Below, in pieces: positions 10,516 through 19,100 of a DNA stretch of 64,000 nt. The stretch is from Alphaproteobacteria bacterium (GTDB lineage Bacteria; Pseudomonadota; Alphaproteobacteria; UBA828): positions 1,344,001 through 1,408,000 of the forward strand of contig CBDCCI010000002.1 of assembly GCA_965214705.1 (NCBI GenBank), given 5' to 3'. How positions within the stretch are numbered: the stretch's first letter is position 1; each line of letters begins with the position of its first letter. The notes under the pieces are model-generated. The model saw only the letters and a program-made list of their open reading frames with translations, was not told the DNA's origin and did no database searches. A program made the translations under genes and the position numbers.

Positions 10516-12174
10516 TCAGTCGTCGAGCAGCGGACCTCTTGCTTGGCGAGCTTCGGCGAAGTTATCGGCGAGGTGGTGAGCGGCGCGGTAGGCGAGGGCG
10601 CAGATGGTGCTGGTCGGGTTGATGGCCGCACCGGTCGCCATGACGCTGCCGTCGGTGATGTAGAGGTTGGGGCAGTCCCAGGCCTGGTGCCATCTGGTGA
10701 CGACCGAAGTCTCGGGATCGGCGCCCATGCGCGCGGTGCCGAGCAGGTGCCAGGCGGGCGGCGCGTAGACCCCGTTCGCATCGCGGAAGGGATTGACCTT
10801 GATGTCCCAGGCGTCCATCGCGCCCGCCAGCTCTGCGGCGCGGTCGATGCCGAAGCGCGCGAGCCGTGCGTCGTTCTCGCACATGCCGTAGGCGATACGG
10901 GGCGCCGGCAGCCCCGACGAATCGGCCAGGGTGTCGGAGAGGGTGACGCGGTTCTCTGGCCGGGGCAGGTCGTCGCCCACGATGAGGATACCGATGCCGT
11001 GCCCGAAGTGCCGGGCGAACCACGCGTGGTGATCCGCGCCCCACGGCGCCATGTTGCCGGAGTGCGAGCCCAGCGCCTGATAGCCCGCGCCGTTCTGGCG
11101 CACGATGTGCAGCGTGAAGCCGTTGACGAAGCCCCGCGCCGTGTCGCTCTCAGCAAACTCCTCGCAGATGGCGATGGCGGAGATCAGGCCCTTGTGCGCC
11201 TCAGTCGGCGCATCGACCCAGCACTCCACCATGCCGAGCGTGTGGTGCATCAGGTTGCGGCCGACCTGATCGGAGCGGTTGGCGAGCCCGTTCGGATGCG
11301 CCGCGCTTTCCGACAGCAGCAGCAGGCGCGGCGTGCCGACGCCGTTGGCGGCGAGGATCACGACATCCGCCGTCTGGACGTGGCGCACGCCGGTGTTGCG
11401 TTCGACGTAGACGACGCCGGTGGCCCGGCCCGACGCGTCGGTCTCGATGCGCTCGACCCGGCTGTCGGTGCGCAGCTCGACGCCCGCCGCAAGGGCCTTC
11501 GGCCAGTGGGTCACGGCCATGTCGTTGAGCGAGCCGCGCGGACAGCCGCTCTGGCAGGCACCGCAGTTGTTGCAGGCGAGGCGCCCGTCGTAGCCCTCCG
11601 CCAGAATGGCGCAGGGCATGGGCCACCAGTGCCAGCCGAGCTTGTCGAAGCCACGCGTCACGAGCTCGCCCATGGCGCCGCGCGGGCCGGGCCGGGTCTG
11701 GAAGGGGCCGCGCGGCGGCATCGCCGGATCGCCCGGCCAACCGGAGATGCCGCAGGCCTCGTCCGCCATCTCGAAGTAGGGCGCGAGATCTTCGTAGGAA
11801 ATCGGCCAGTCGGGCGCGAGGCCGTGCTCGGTCCCCTTGCGGAAATCGGACGGGCGGTAGCGCGGCCAGGTGGCCGTGTAGATGCCCGTGGAACCGCCGA
11901 CGCCGTTCCACATCAGCGTTGTCTCGTCCGTGCTGTCCACCGGGTAATCGTGCGCGTGGCCGCGCACGTTGACAGCAATCGACCAGTCGGTCGCGCGGCG
12001 CCATTCCCAGTCCCGGCCGAAATGCGGGCGTTCGGCTGGCGGGAACCAGGAGCCCTGCTCCAGGCACACCACCTTGATGCCTTTCCTGGCCAGCACGGCG
12101 GCCGGAATCACGCCGCCGGGGCCGGAGCCGACGATGACGACGTCGGTGTGGTCGTGGATGGTGCGCTTGGCCAC
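10516..12174 (-). CDS. GMC-family FAD oxidoreductase with Fe-S cysteine cluster
   Basis: GSGPGG, GVGGSTG, CNNCGACQSGC, VGRNLMHH, HLLGTARMG, NPTSTI; GTG start at 12174 inferred. Confidence 0.9.
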   Translation of the reverse strand: MAKRTIHDHTDVVIVGSGPGGVIPAAVLARKGIKVVCLEQGSWFPPAERPHFGRDWEWRRATDWSIAVNVRGHAHDYPVDSTDETTLMWNGVGGSTGIYTATWPRYRPSDFRKGTEHGLAPDWPISYEDLAPYFEMADEACGISGWPGDPAMPPRGPFQTRPGPRGAMGELVTRGFDKLGWHWWPMPCAILAEGYDGRLACNNCGACQSGCPRGSLNDMAVTHWPKALAAGVELRTDSRVERIETDASGRATGVVYVERNTGVRHVQTADVVILAANGVGTPRLLLLSESAAHPNGLANRSDQVGRNLMHHTLGMVECWVDAPTEAHKGLISAIAICEEFAESDTARGFVNGFTLHIVRQNGAGYQALGSHSGNMAPWGADHHAWFARHFGHGIGILIVGDDLPRPENRVTLSDTLADSSGLPAPRIAYGMCENDARLARFGIDRAAELAGAMDAWDIKVNPFRDANGVYAPPAWHLLGTARMGADPETSVVTRWHQAWDCPNLYITDGSVMATGAAINPTSTICALAYRAAHHLADNFAEARQARGPLLDD

Positions 12175-12184
12175 GGCGCTCGTC

Positions 12185-13264
12185 TCAGGCCTGGCCGGCC
12201 GTCTCGAGGCGAACGCCGCTGTCCGCATCGAAGACGTGAGCGCGTTCCGGGTCCGGGTTGATCCACACGGTCTCGCCCGGCCGGACCTCCGCGCGCGCCT
12301 GCAACAGCACGCAGATACGCCGCGACCCCAGGGTGCCGAACAGCTCGATCTCCCGCCCGGTCGTCTCTACCACGTCGACACCGAAGGCGATGCCTTCGCC
12401 CTCACCGACCAGTTGCAGGTCCTCCGGCCGGATGCCGTAAAGGACGTTGCGGCCGGCCTCCGCCGCGAGGCTTTCCATGTGGCGGACCGTGACGCCGCCC
12501 TCCAGCGCGATGGTGCCGTCCGGCCCCAGCGTGCCGGGCAGCAGGTTCATCTGCGGCGAGCCGATGAAGCCTGCGACGAAGGTATTGGCCGGCCGGTCGT
12601 AGACGTGCCCCGGCGCGCCGATCTGCTCGATGTAGCCGTCGCGCATGACGACGATACGGTCGGCAAGCGTCATCGCCTCCACCTGATCGTGGGTGACGTA
12701 GATCATGGTGGTCTGCAGACGCTGGTGCAGCTCGCGGATCTCGGTCCGCATCTGGACCCGCAGTTGCGCGTCCAGGTTGGAGAGCGGCTCGTCGAACAGA
12801 AAAGCGATGGGCTCCCGCACCAGCGCGCGGCCCATTGCGACGCGCTGCCGCTGCCCGCCGGAGAGTTGGCGCGGGTAACGCTTGAGGTAGTCGGTGAGCT
12901 CCAGCACCTCCGCCGCCCACCTGATGCGGCGGTCCTGCTCGTCCTTCGGGATCTTCCGCATCCTGAGGCCGAACGACATGTTCCGATAGACGGTCATGTG
13001 CGGATAGAGCGCGTAGGATTGGAACACCATGGCGATGTTCCGGTCCTTCGCGGCGACGCGATTGACCACCGTGTCCCCGATCGAAATCTCGCCGGCGGTG
13101 ATGTCCTCGAGGCCCGCAATCATGCGGAGCAGGGTCGACTTGCCGCAGCCCGACGGCCCGACAAGAACGACCAATTCCTTGTCCGCGATCTCGACGTCGA
13201 TGCCGTGGATTACCTCGACAGGACCGAAGGACTTGAAGATGTTCCTGACTTCGACGCTGGCCAT
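12185..13264 (-). CDS. CUT1 ABC ATP-binding protein (MalK/UgpC-like)
   Basis: [41 protein letters not shown]. Confidence 0.95.
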   Translation of the reverse strand: MASVEVRNIFKSFGPVEVIHGIDVEIADKELVVLVGPSGCGKSTLLRMIAGLEDITAGEISIGDTVVNRVAAKDRNIAMVFQSYALYPHMTVYRNMSFGLRMRKIPKDEQDRRIRWAAEVLELTDYLKRYPRQLSGGQRQRVAMGRALVREPIAFLFDEPLSNLDAQLRVQMRTEIRELHQRLQTTMIYVTHDQVEAMTLADRIVVMRDGYIEQIGAPGHVYDRPANTFVAGFIGSPQMNLLPGTLGPDGTIALEGGVTVRHMESLAAEAGRNVLYGIRPEDLQLVGEGEGIAFGVDVVETTGREIELFGTLGSRRICVLLQARAEVRPGETVWINPDPERAHVFDADSGVRLETAGQA

Positions 13265-13273
13265 GAGCCGCCC

Positions 13274-13888
13274 CTATGTCCCGTCGTCCGCCGGGCCGGC
13301 GCCCGCCCGCCCGGCCGGCTTGCTGCCTGCGCCCCTGGCGATTGCGCCGCGGCCGGTCGCCACCGCGTCGTCCTGGGTAATCGTTTCCGGCGCGAGCGGA
13401 TCGGCCGGCAACGGCGTGAGGTCGAGGCGCGTCACGTCTTCCGTCCTCACGTAGTGGCCACGCCGGTGCGTCGGTGCCTGACGCGGGTCGGTCTCGTCGA
13501 AGGGCGCCATGGCGTAGCCCTCAGGCTGCGGCGCGTCGTTGTAGACGTGACCGAGGGAGCGGACGGCGCGCACCACGGCGGGGCTCTCGTAATAGGCGAG
13601 GTAGGCGATCATCCGAAGCGTCTCGAACTGCTCCGGGTGGTTCGCCTCGAAGCGCCGCACGACGTTCTGCCGCTCCGACGCGTTCAAGGGCCCGAGCGGC
13701 CCGCCGCAGGCCTCAATGGTCTGTGCGAGATCGTCCAGCGCAGCCTCGCCCGACTGCGCCACCAGCCGGTCCGCCACCACGCCGTGGGTGCCGGCATCGC
13801 TCGCGGCCGGGAAGCGCCCGTCGCCCGGCAGCAGCACGTCCACCAGCTCTCGCAGCATGGCCGCCATCGCGGCAGGACCGGTCGCCAT
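13274..13888 (-). CDS. Gluconate-2-dehydrogenase subunit-3-like small subunit
   Basis: VDVLLPGDGRFPAASDAG and FETLRMIAYLAYY...LGH pattern; near GMC gene; ATG 13888 follows permease stop. Confidence 0.65.
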   Translation of the reverse strand: MATGPAAMAAMLRELVDVLLPGDGRFPAASDAGTHGVVADRLVAQSGEAALDDLAQTIEACGGPLGPLNASERQNVVRRFEANHPEQFETLRMIAYLAYYESPAVVRAVRSLGHVYNDAPQPEGYAMAPFDETDPRQAPTHRRGHYVRTEDVTRLDLTPLPADPLAPETITQDDAVATGRGAIARGAGSKPAGRAGAGPADDGT

Positions 13889-13890
13889 GG

Positions 13891-14757
13891 CTACCTCGTG
13901 CTCCCTGCGGTCAGGCCGCGAATGAGCCAGCGCTGGAAGAACATCGCCAGCAGGTAGACCGGCACGATGCCGATCAGCGACGCTACCGACATCTGCCCGT
14001 AGCGAAGCTGCCGGTCGCCCTGATAGAGCGAGAGGCCCACCGGCAGGGTCTGCGTGCTCTCGCTGCGCGTGAGGAAAGAAGCGAGGAGGAACTCGTTGTA
14101 GGCCAGGATCAGGCAAATGATCCCGGTACTGATGATCCCCGGCATGAGCAGCGGCACGGTGATGCGGAACAGCACGGAACCGTAGCCCGCGCCGTCGATC
14201 CGCGCGGCGTCCTCCAGCTCCTCCGGCAGCCGGCGCACGAAGCTCGACAGCAGCCAGAACGCGACCGGCAGGTTCATCACGCCGTAGACGAGCGCCATGC
14301 CGAAGAGCGTGTTCACCAACCCGATGGAGCGCAGCAGGAAGAAGAGCGGGAAGAGCGCCACGATGGGCGGCGCCACGTAGGTCGCGAGGATGAATGCCGG
14401 CAGGAACTTGCCGCCGACGCGATAGCGCACGATGGCGTGGGTCGCAGGCACGGCGATGATCAGCGTCACCAGCGCACCCAGGGCGGCGGCGACGATGGAG
14501 TTGCGCAGGTAAGTGCCGACCGCAACGGAGTTCCACGCGTCCGGGTAGTTCTGCCAGAACCACTCCTCGGGTACGAAGCCGCCACTCGCGATATCCGGCT
14601 GCGTCTTGAACGACACCATGAGCATGAAGATCATGGGGAAGATGAAGAAGAGCACGACCGCCGCGGTCCCCGCCCAGCGGGCGAGTGTCCAGAGATCGAC
14701 CGGCGCGTCGGAGAGCCAGGTGCCGCCGTCGAACTTTCTGACTCGGGTGGCCGTCAC
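13891..14757 (-). CDS. CUT1 ABC permease (MalG-like)
   Basis: LPEELEDAARIDGA EAA loop, AYNEFL, TLPVG. Confidence 0.93.
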   Translation of the reverse strand: MTATRVRKFDGGTWLSDAPVDLWTLARWAGTAAVVLFFIFPMIFMLMVSFKTQPDIASGGFVPEEWFWQNYPDAWNSVAVGTYLRNSIVAAALGALVTLIIAVPATHAIVRYRVGGKFLPAFILATYVAPPIVALFPLFFLLRSIGLVNTLFGMALVYGVMNLPVAFWLLSSFVRRLPEELEDAARIDGAGYGSVLFRITVPLLMPGIISTGIICLILAYNEFLLASFLTRSESTQTLPVGLSLYQGDRQLRYGQMSVASLIGIVPVYLLAMFFQRWLIRGLTAGSTR

Positions 14758-15710
14758 GACAGCCTCTTCTCGGCGACATCGTGCGCGGTGGTGAAGGGGA
14801 TGGTGACGAGGCCCACCACCACCGCGAACATGAGGGTCTGCGCCGCCGCGGCGCCGATGTCGAATTGCTGGATCGCGACCCGATAGATGTAGAAGCTCGA
14901 TACCGTCGTCGCCTGGCCGGGCCCGCCGCCGGTCAGCACGAAGACGAGGTCAAAGACCTTGAAGGCGATGACCAGCTTGAGCACCGCGATGGCGATCAGC
15001 GCCGGCGCCAGCATCGGCAGCGTGATGGACCAGAACATCGCAGGGCCCGAGGCACCGTCGAGCTTGGCCGCCTCGTAGATGTCCTCCGGCAGAGTCTGCA
15101 GCGCGGCGTAGGTCATCAGCGCGATGAAGGGTGTCCACTGCCACACGTCCGCCAGGCAGACGAACGGGAACGCCATGGTGGGCGAGCCCAAGAAACTTAC
15201 CGGCTGGCTGAAGAGAGCCATGTCCATCAGGAAGCTGTTGAGCCAGCCGCCCTTCGGCATGAGCAGGAGCTGCCACATGACGGCGACGGTGATCGGCGGA
15301 GTCATCAGCGGCAGGAGAATGAGCGTGCGCAGGATCTGCCGCCCCTTCACCGCGCGGTCGATGAGAAGGGCCACGCAAACGCCGAGGATGACCGACGCCA
15401 GCGTCGTCATCAGCGCGAAGACGATGGAGCGGAGGAGGGACGCGGTGAACTTCGCCTGGCCGATGGAGTCCGTGTAGTGCTCGACGCCGACCCATCCCCG
15501 GAACAGCGTGCCGAGGTTGGAATCGGAAAAGGAGAGAAAGATCAGGTAGATGAACGGATAGACGGCGAACACGATCAAGCCGCCGATGAGCGGCATCACC
15601 ACCGCCCAGCCGATCAGCCGGCGCCGGTCGATCCCGCCCGTACCGGGCCAGCGCCGGCTTGTCGGCGGCCCTTGCCGCGTACGCTGCGGCGTGGTGTCCA
15701 GCTCAGCCAT
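14754..15710 (-). CDS. CUT1 ABC permease (MalF-like)
   Basis: DVWQWTPF, YEAAKLDGA, FDLVFVLTGGGPG. Confidence 0.93.
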   Translation of the reverse strand: MAELDTTPQRTRQGPPTSRRWPGTGGIDRRRLIGWAVVMPLIGGLIVFAVYPFIYLIFLSFSDSNLGTLFRGWVGVEHYTDSIGQAKFTASLLRSIVFALMTTLASVILGVCVALLIDRAVKGRQILRTLILLPLMTPPITVAVMWQLLLMPKGGWLNSFLMDMALFSQPVSFLGSPTMAFPFVCLADVWQWTPFIALMTYAALQTLPEDIYEAAKLDGASGPAMFWSITLPMLAPALIAIAVLKLVIAFKVFDLVFVLTGGGPGQATTVSSFYIYRVAIQQFDIGAAAAQTLMFAVVVGLVTIPFTTAHDVAEKRLS

Positions 15711-15722
15711 AACGGGAGGACA

Positions 15723-15764
15723 GGGCGGCCGCAGTCAGGGTAGTCCCTGAGCGTGCGGCCGCCC
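15723..15764. repeat. Intergenic stem-loop after SBP gene
   Basis: GGGCGGCCGCA.TCAGGG-tagt-CCCTGA...TGCGGCCGCCC. Confidence 0.6.
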
Positions 15765-15778
15765 GGCCCATGGCTGTA

Positions 15779-17110
15779 CTAACCGAGGATATCCTCCCAG
15801 GAGGCCTGGGCATCGGCCATGGCCTGCTCGGCGGTCTTGTCGCCGGCCATCATCAGTCCAAGCTCATCCGTGAGCGACTGCATGAGCTTGGGCGATTCCG
15901 GCTTCATCGGCCACGGGAAGGCATCGTCGATGGCCTGCTCCACGGCGTCCGCCTGCAGCGGCGCGAAGTCGCGATAGGCGGGCATCGCCGAGCGCCGGGT
16001 CGGGTCCACGCCGGTCGTGTTGTCGGTGAGCACGCGGACGTGGAAGTCCTTGCTAGACGACATGCGCACGAACTCCCAGGCCATCTCAGGGTTGTGCGAT
16101 CCGGACGAGACGCCGAAGGCCCAGCCCGCGTTCATCGCCGGCCGGTTGACCGTGTTGCTGCCGGCGACAGGCATGGGCGACACGCCCCACTTGTCGACGA
16201 TCTGGCTCTGATTAGCGTCCTGCGCCCAAGTGCCGAGGTCGGTCCAGAACTCGATCATGGCGGCGCCGCCGCTCAGGAACACCGGGATCGAGTTGCCGAA
16301 CTCGGTCTCCAGCGGCGTCGGCACCGCAGAGGGACCGGCATCGAGCATCGTTTGCGCGGCACCGATCGCGGCGTCGCTGGTCAATGCCGGTGCGCCATTG
16401 GCGTCGAGGAAGTCGCCGCCGTAGCCGCCCAGTCGGTTCGCGTAGGTGGAGCACAGGATGATCGGGAACTGCTTGCACATGAGCAGGGCGCCATAGACGC
16501 CGTTGGCCGACTCAGCATCCGTTACCGCCTTGGCGACCGCGTTGTACTCGTCCCACGTCGCCGGCGGCGTCAGCCCGTTCCGGTCGAGAATTTCTTTATT
16601 ATAGAAGAGAACGTGGGTGTCGCCGTCGTAGGGCAGGCCGTAGCGGCGGCCGCCCACCTCGGTATAGGCATCGTACAGCGCACCTAGGAAGTCGGCGGGG
16701 TCGATGTCGGCCTCTTCCGCCGCGATGCGGTCGGTGATGTCGGCGAGCACGCCGTCCCGCACCAGCGCTTCCTTGTCGACGTACCAATACTGGAAGACGT
16801 CGATCTCGTTGGTGCCGGACATCACGTCGAGCGTCGACTGCGCCGTGATCTGGTCGTAGGGCACCTTCACCGCCTCGACATTGGCGCCGGTGAGTTCGGT
16901 GAAGCCCTCCGAGAGCGGCTTGATGGAGCCGGCATGCGGGTTGATGATCATGAAGCGCAGGGTCTCGCCGGACCAGTCCGACGCCTGTGCGCGCCCTGCA
17001 AACGCGCCTGAGCCTGCAGCGGTCAGCGCAGCAGCGCCTGCCGCCGTACCTTTAAGGAAGGACCGCCGCGAGAGCGGTGCTCCCGACCAGCTTGTTCTGT
17101 GGTCGTCCAT
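15779..17110 (-). CDS. CUT1 ABC substrate-binding protein with Tat signal
   Basis: SRRSFLK twin-arginine signal, YGLPYDGD..LFYNK, PATWDE; GAGGA upstream of ATG 17110. Confidence 0.9.
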   Translation of the reverse strand: MDDHRTSWSGAPLSRRSFLKGTAAGAAALTAAGSGAFAGRAQASDWSGETLRFMIINPHAGSIKPLSEGFTELTGANVEAVKVPYDQITAQSTLDVMSGTNEIDVFQYWYVDKEALVRDGVLADITDRIAAEEADIDPADFLGALYDAYTEVGGRRYGLPYDGDTHVLFYNKEILDRNGLTPPATWDEYNAVAKAVTDAESANGVYGALLMCKQFPIILCSTYANRLGGYGGDFLDANGAPALTSDAAIGAAQTMLDAGPSAVPTPLETEFGNSIPVFLSGGAAMIEFWTDLGTWAQDANQSQIVDKWGVSPMPVAGSNTVNRPAMNAGWAFGVSSGSHNPEMAWEFVRMSSSKDFHVRVLTDNTTGVDPTRRSAMPAYRDFAPLQADAVEQAIDDAFPWPMKPESPKLMQSLTDELGLMMAGDKTAEQAMADAQASWEDILG

Positions 17111-17349
17111 CGATTGAATCCTCCTCGTGAGCCGTGTTCGGTTGTGCTGCGATAACGCCTCGTCTTGCTTCCCAATAGGGGATGCACGCGCGCCCATCAA
17201 CTCAAAACGGGATACAATGCGCTCTCGGAAGCGTCTGAACCGATGAGTTGGTCAGTCTGCCTTGACGTTTCCGCGAAAGTTTCGTGAATATCCGTGCCAG
17301 CCGCGCGCGAGAACGCGGCGACAGCAGCCAGCGCCGAGAGCGAAATTCG

Positions 17350-18963
17350 ATGGGCAAGGGAGACGGCGGCGGGGGAGCGGCCGCCGGGGATGGCGGTCCT
17401 GCACTTGAGGTCGAGCTGACGCTCGGCGGCGATCCCGCCGCCCTCGATCGCGGTTGGCGCGCGGCGGTTCCCGCGGATGGCGGCGGAACCGCCCAGCGGC
17501 TGCGGAGCACCTATTTCGACACCGGCGATTTCCGCCTGCGTCGGCGAGGCTTCACGCTGCGCATCCGTGAGGATGGGGACCGGCTGGTCCAGACCCTGAA
17601 GTCCGACGGGCCGTCGTCAGCCGCTGCCGTGCTCAAGCGCAACGAGTGGACTCGCATGGTCGAGAAGCCAGTGCCGAGCCTCCCCGTCGCGCCTGATCCA
17701 GCGGTGCGCGATGCGGTGGGGCCGCTCAAATCCGCCGAACTGGCGCCGACGTTCTCCACCGACGTGATGCGCCGCACCGCCATGGTCGAGGTTGCCGCGC
17801 CGGATGACGGCATCGCCCTCGTCGAGCTCGCGCTCGACAGCGGAGAGATCAAGGCGCGTGACCGGCGCGACACCGTCTCCGAGCTGGAGCTGGAACTGAT
17901 CGAGGGGCCGGCAAGCGCACTCTACGAGCTCGCCATAACGCTGCAGGCCTCTGCGCCGCTCCGCATACAGACGGCGAGCAAGGCCAAGCGCGGCTACGTC
18001 CTTGCCGGCGGGGAGGGCTACGCCGGCTACAAGGCGCCGGCGCTCGCGCTTGCGCGGGGCATCTCCGTCAACGAGGCCCTGGGCAAGATATTTCGCGTGT
18101 GTGCCAATCAGTGTGCGGCGAATCACGATGCGGTGTTGGACCGCAGCGATCCGGAAGGCGTGCACCAGTTTCGTGTCGCGTTGCGCCGGATGCGCTCGGC
18201 TCTCGTGGTCTTCAAGACGGTTCTTTTGCCGGGACACACTGCCTGGCTGAACAGGGAAGCCAGCCGTCTCATTAACGTGCTCGGACCGGCACGTGATTGG
18301 GACGTATTCATCACCGAGACGCTCGCGACCGTCCGGGCTGCCCGGCCGGATGACGAGTCACTGGAGCGCCTCGCCGAAGCGTCCGAGAGGGAGCGCGCCC
18401 GCGCCTACGAGCAGGCAGAGGCGCTGCGCGCGCCCGATTACACGGAATTCCTGCTTCGCTTCGGCCGGTGGATAGAGACGGCGGGCTGGCGTGAAGCTGC
18501 GAACCACGCCGCGCTCGATCAGCCGCTCGCACGCCTTGGAGGGCGCCTGCTCGACAAGCGCCATAAGCGCGTGTTGAAGCGCGGGCGCGACTTCGAGCAA
18601 CTGTCGGACACCGACCTGCACCGGCTCAGGATCTCGCTCAAGAAGCTGCGCTACGCGGGTGAGTTCTTCGCGGCCCAGTTCCCAGACGGCAAGCCGCGTT
18701 CCTACATCAGGACGTTGCGTCGGCTGCAGGACGACCTCGGCCAGCTCAACGACGCGGCGGTTGCGGAACGCTGTCTGAAAGAGCTCCTCGATGCCCAGCG
18801 CGAAAGCGACCATGTCGCCGCGCTCGGACTGGGTGCCGGGCAGGTGATCGGTTGGCACACTCGTGCCCGTGAGGAGACCCGGAGTCAAATGACCGAAGAT
18901 TGGCACGCTTTTGCTGCCACCGAGCCCTATTGGCGCACCACCGCAGGCGGACTACACGACTGA
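17350..18963 (+). CDS. CYTH + CHAD domain protein (YgiF-like)
   Basis: STYFDT..LRIR..TLK, ELELEL, SKAKRGY; CHAD VHQFRVALRRMRS, LHRLRISLKKLRY, LQDDLGQLND. Confidence 0.9.
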   Translation: MGKGDGGGGAAAGDGGPALEVELTLGGDPAALDRGWRAAVPADGGGTAQRLRSTYFDTGDFRLRRRGFTLRIREDGDRLVQTLKSDGPSSAAAVLKRNEWTRMVEKPVPSLPVAPDPAVRDAVGPLKSAELAPTFSTDVMRRTAMVEVAAPDDGIALVELALDSGEIKARDRRDTVSELELELIEGPASALYELAITLQASAPLRIQTASKAKRGYVLAGGEGYAGYKAPALALARGISVNEALGKIFRVCANQCAANHDAVLDRSDPEGVHQFRVALRRMRSALVVFKTVLLPGHTAWLNREASRLINVLGPARDWDVFITETLATVRAARPDDESLERLAEASERERARAYEQAEALRAPDYTEFLLRFGRWIETAGWREAANHAALDQPLARLGGRLLDKRHKRVLKRGRDFEQLSDTDLHRLRISLKKLRYAGEFFAAQFPDGKPRSYIRTLRRLQDDLGQLNDAAVAERCLKELLDAQRESDHVAALGLGAGQVIGWHTRAREETRSQMTEDWHAFAATEPYWRTTAGGLHD

Positions 18964-19100
18964 TCCTGTCGGAATCCGAAGCATCCGCGTCGCATCGAAG
19001 CCGATAGTCGCCAACTCCCCCATGATATGAGGAGGAGGGGAGGTGGTGCGGCCCGTCAGGGTACGTGCGCTGACTCTCGCGAAACCGAGAGAGTTCCGCC

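Noticed and set aside
9214-12261. 1015-aa plus-strand ORF, and similar long ORFs (2765..4588, 11969..13957, 40284..42257)
   Set aside because: Antisense shadows of well-supported genes, expected with high GC3; no motifs.
13274-14779. 501-aa ORF as one protein
   Set aside because: The upstream part overlaps the permease in another frame; only 13274..13888 is credible.
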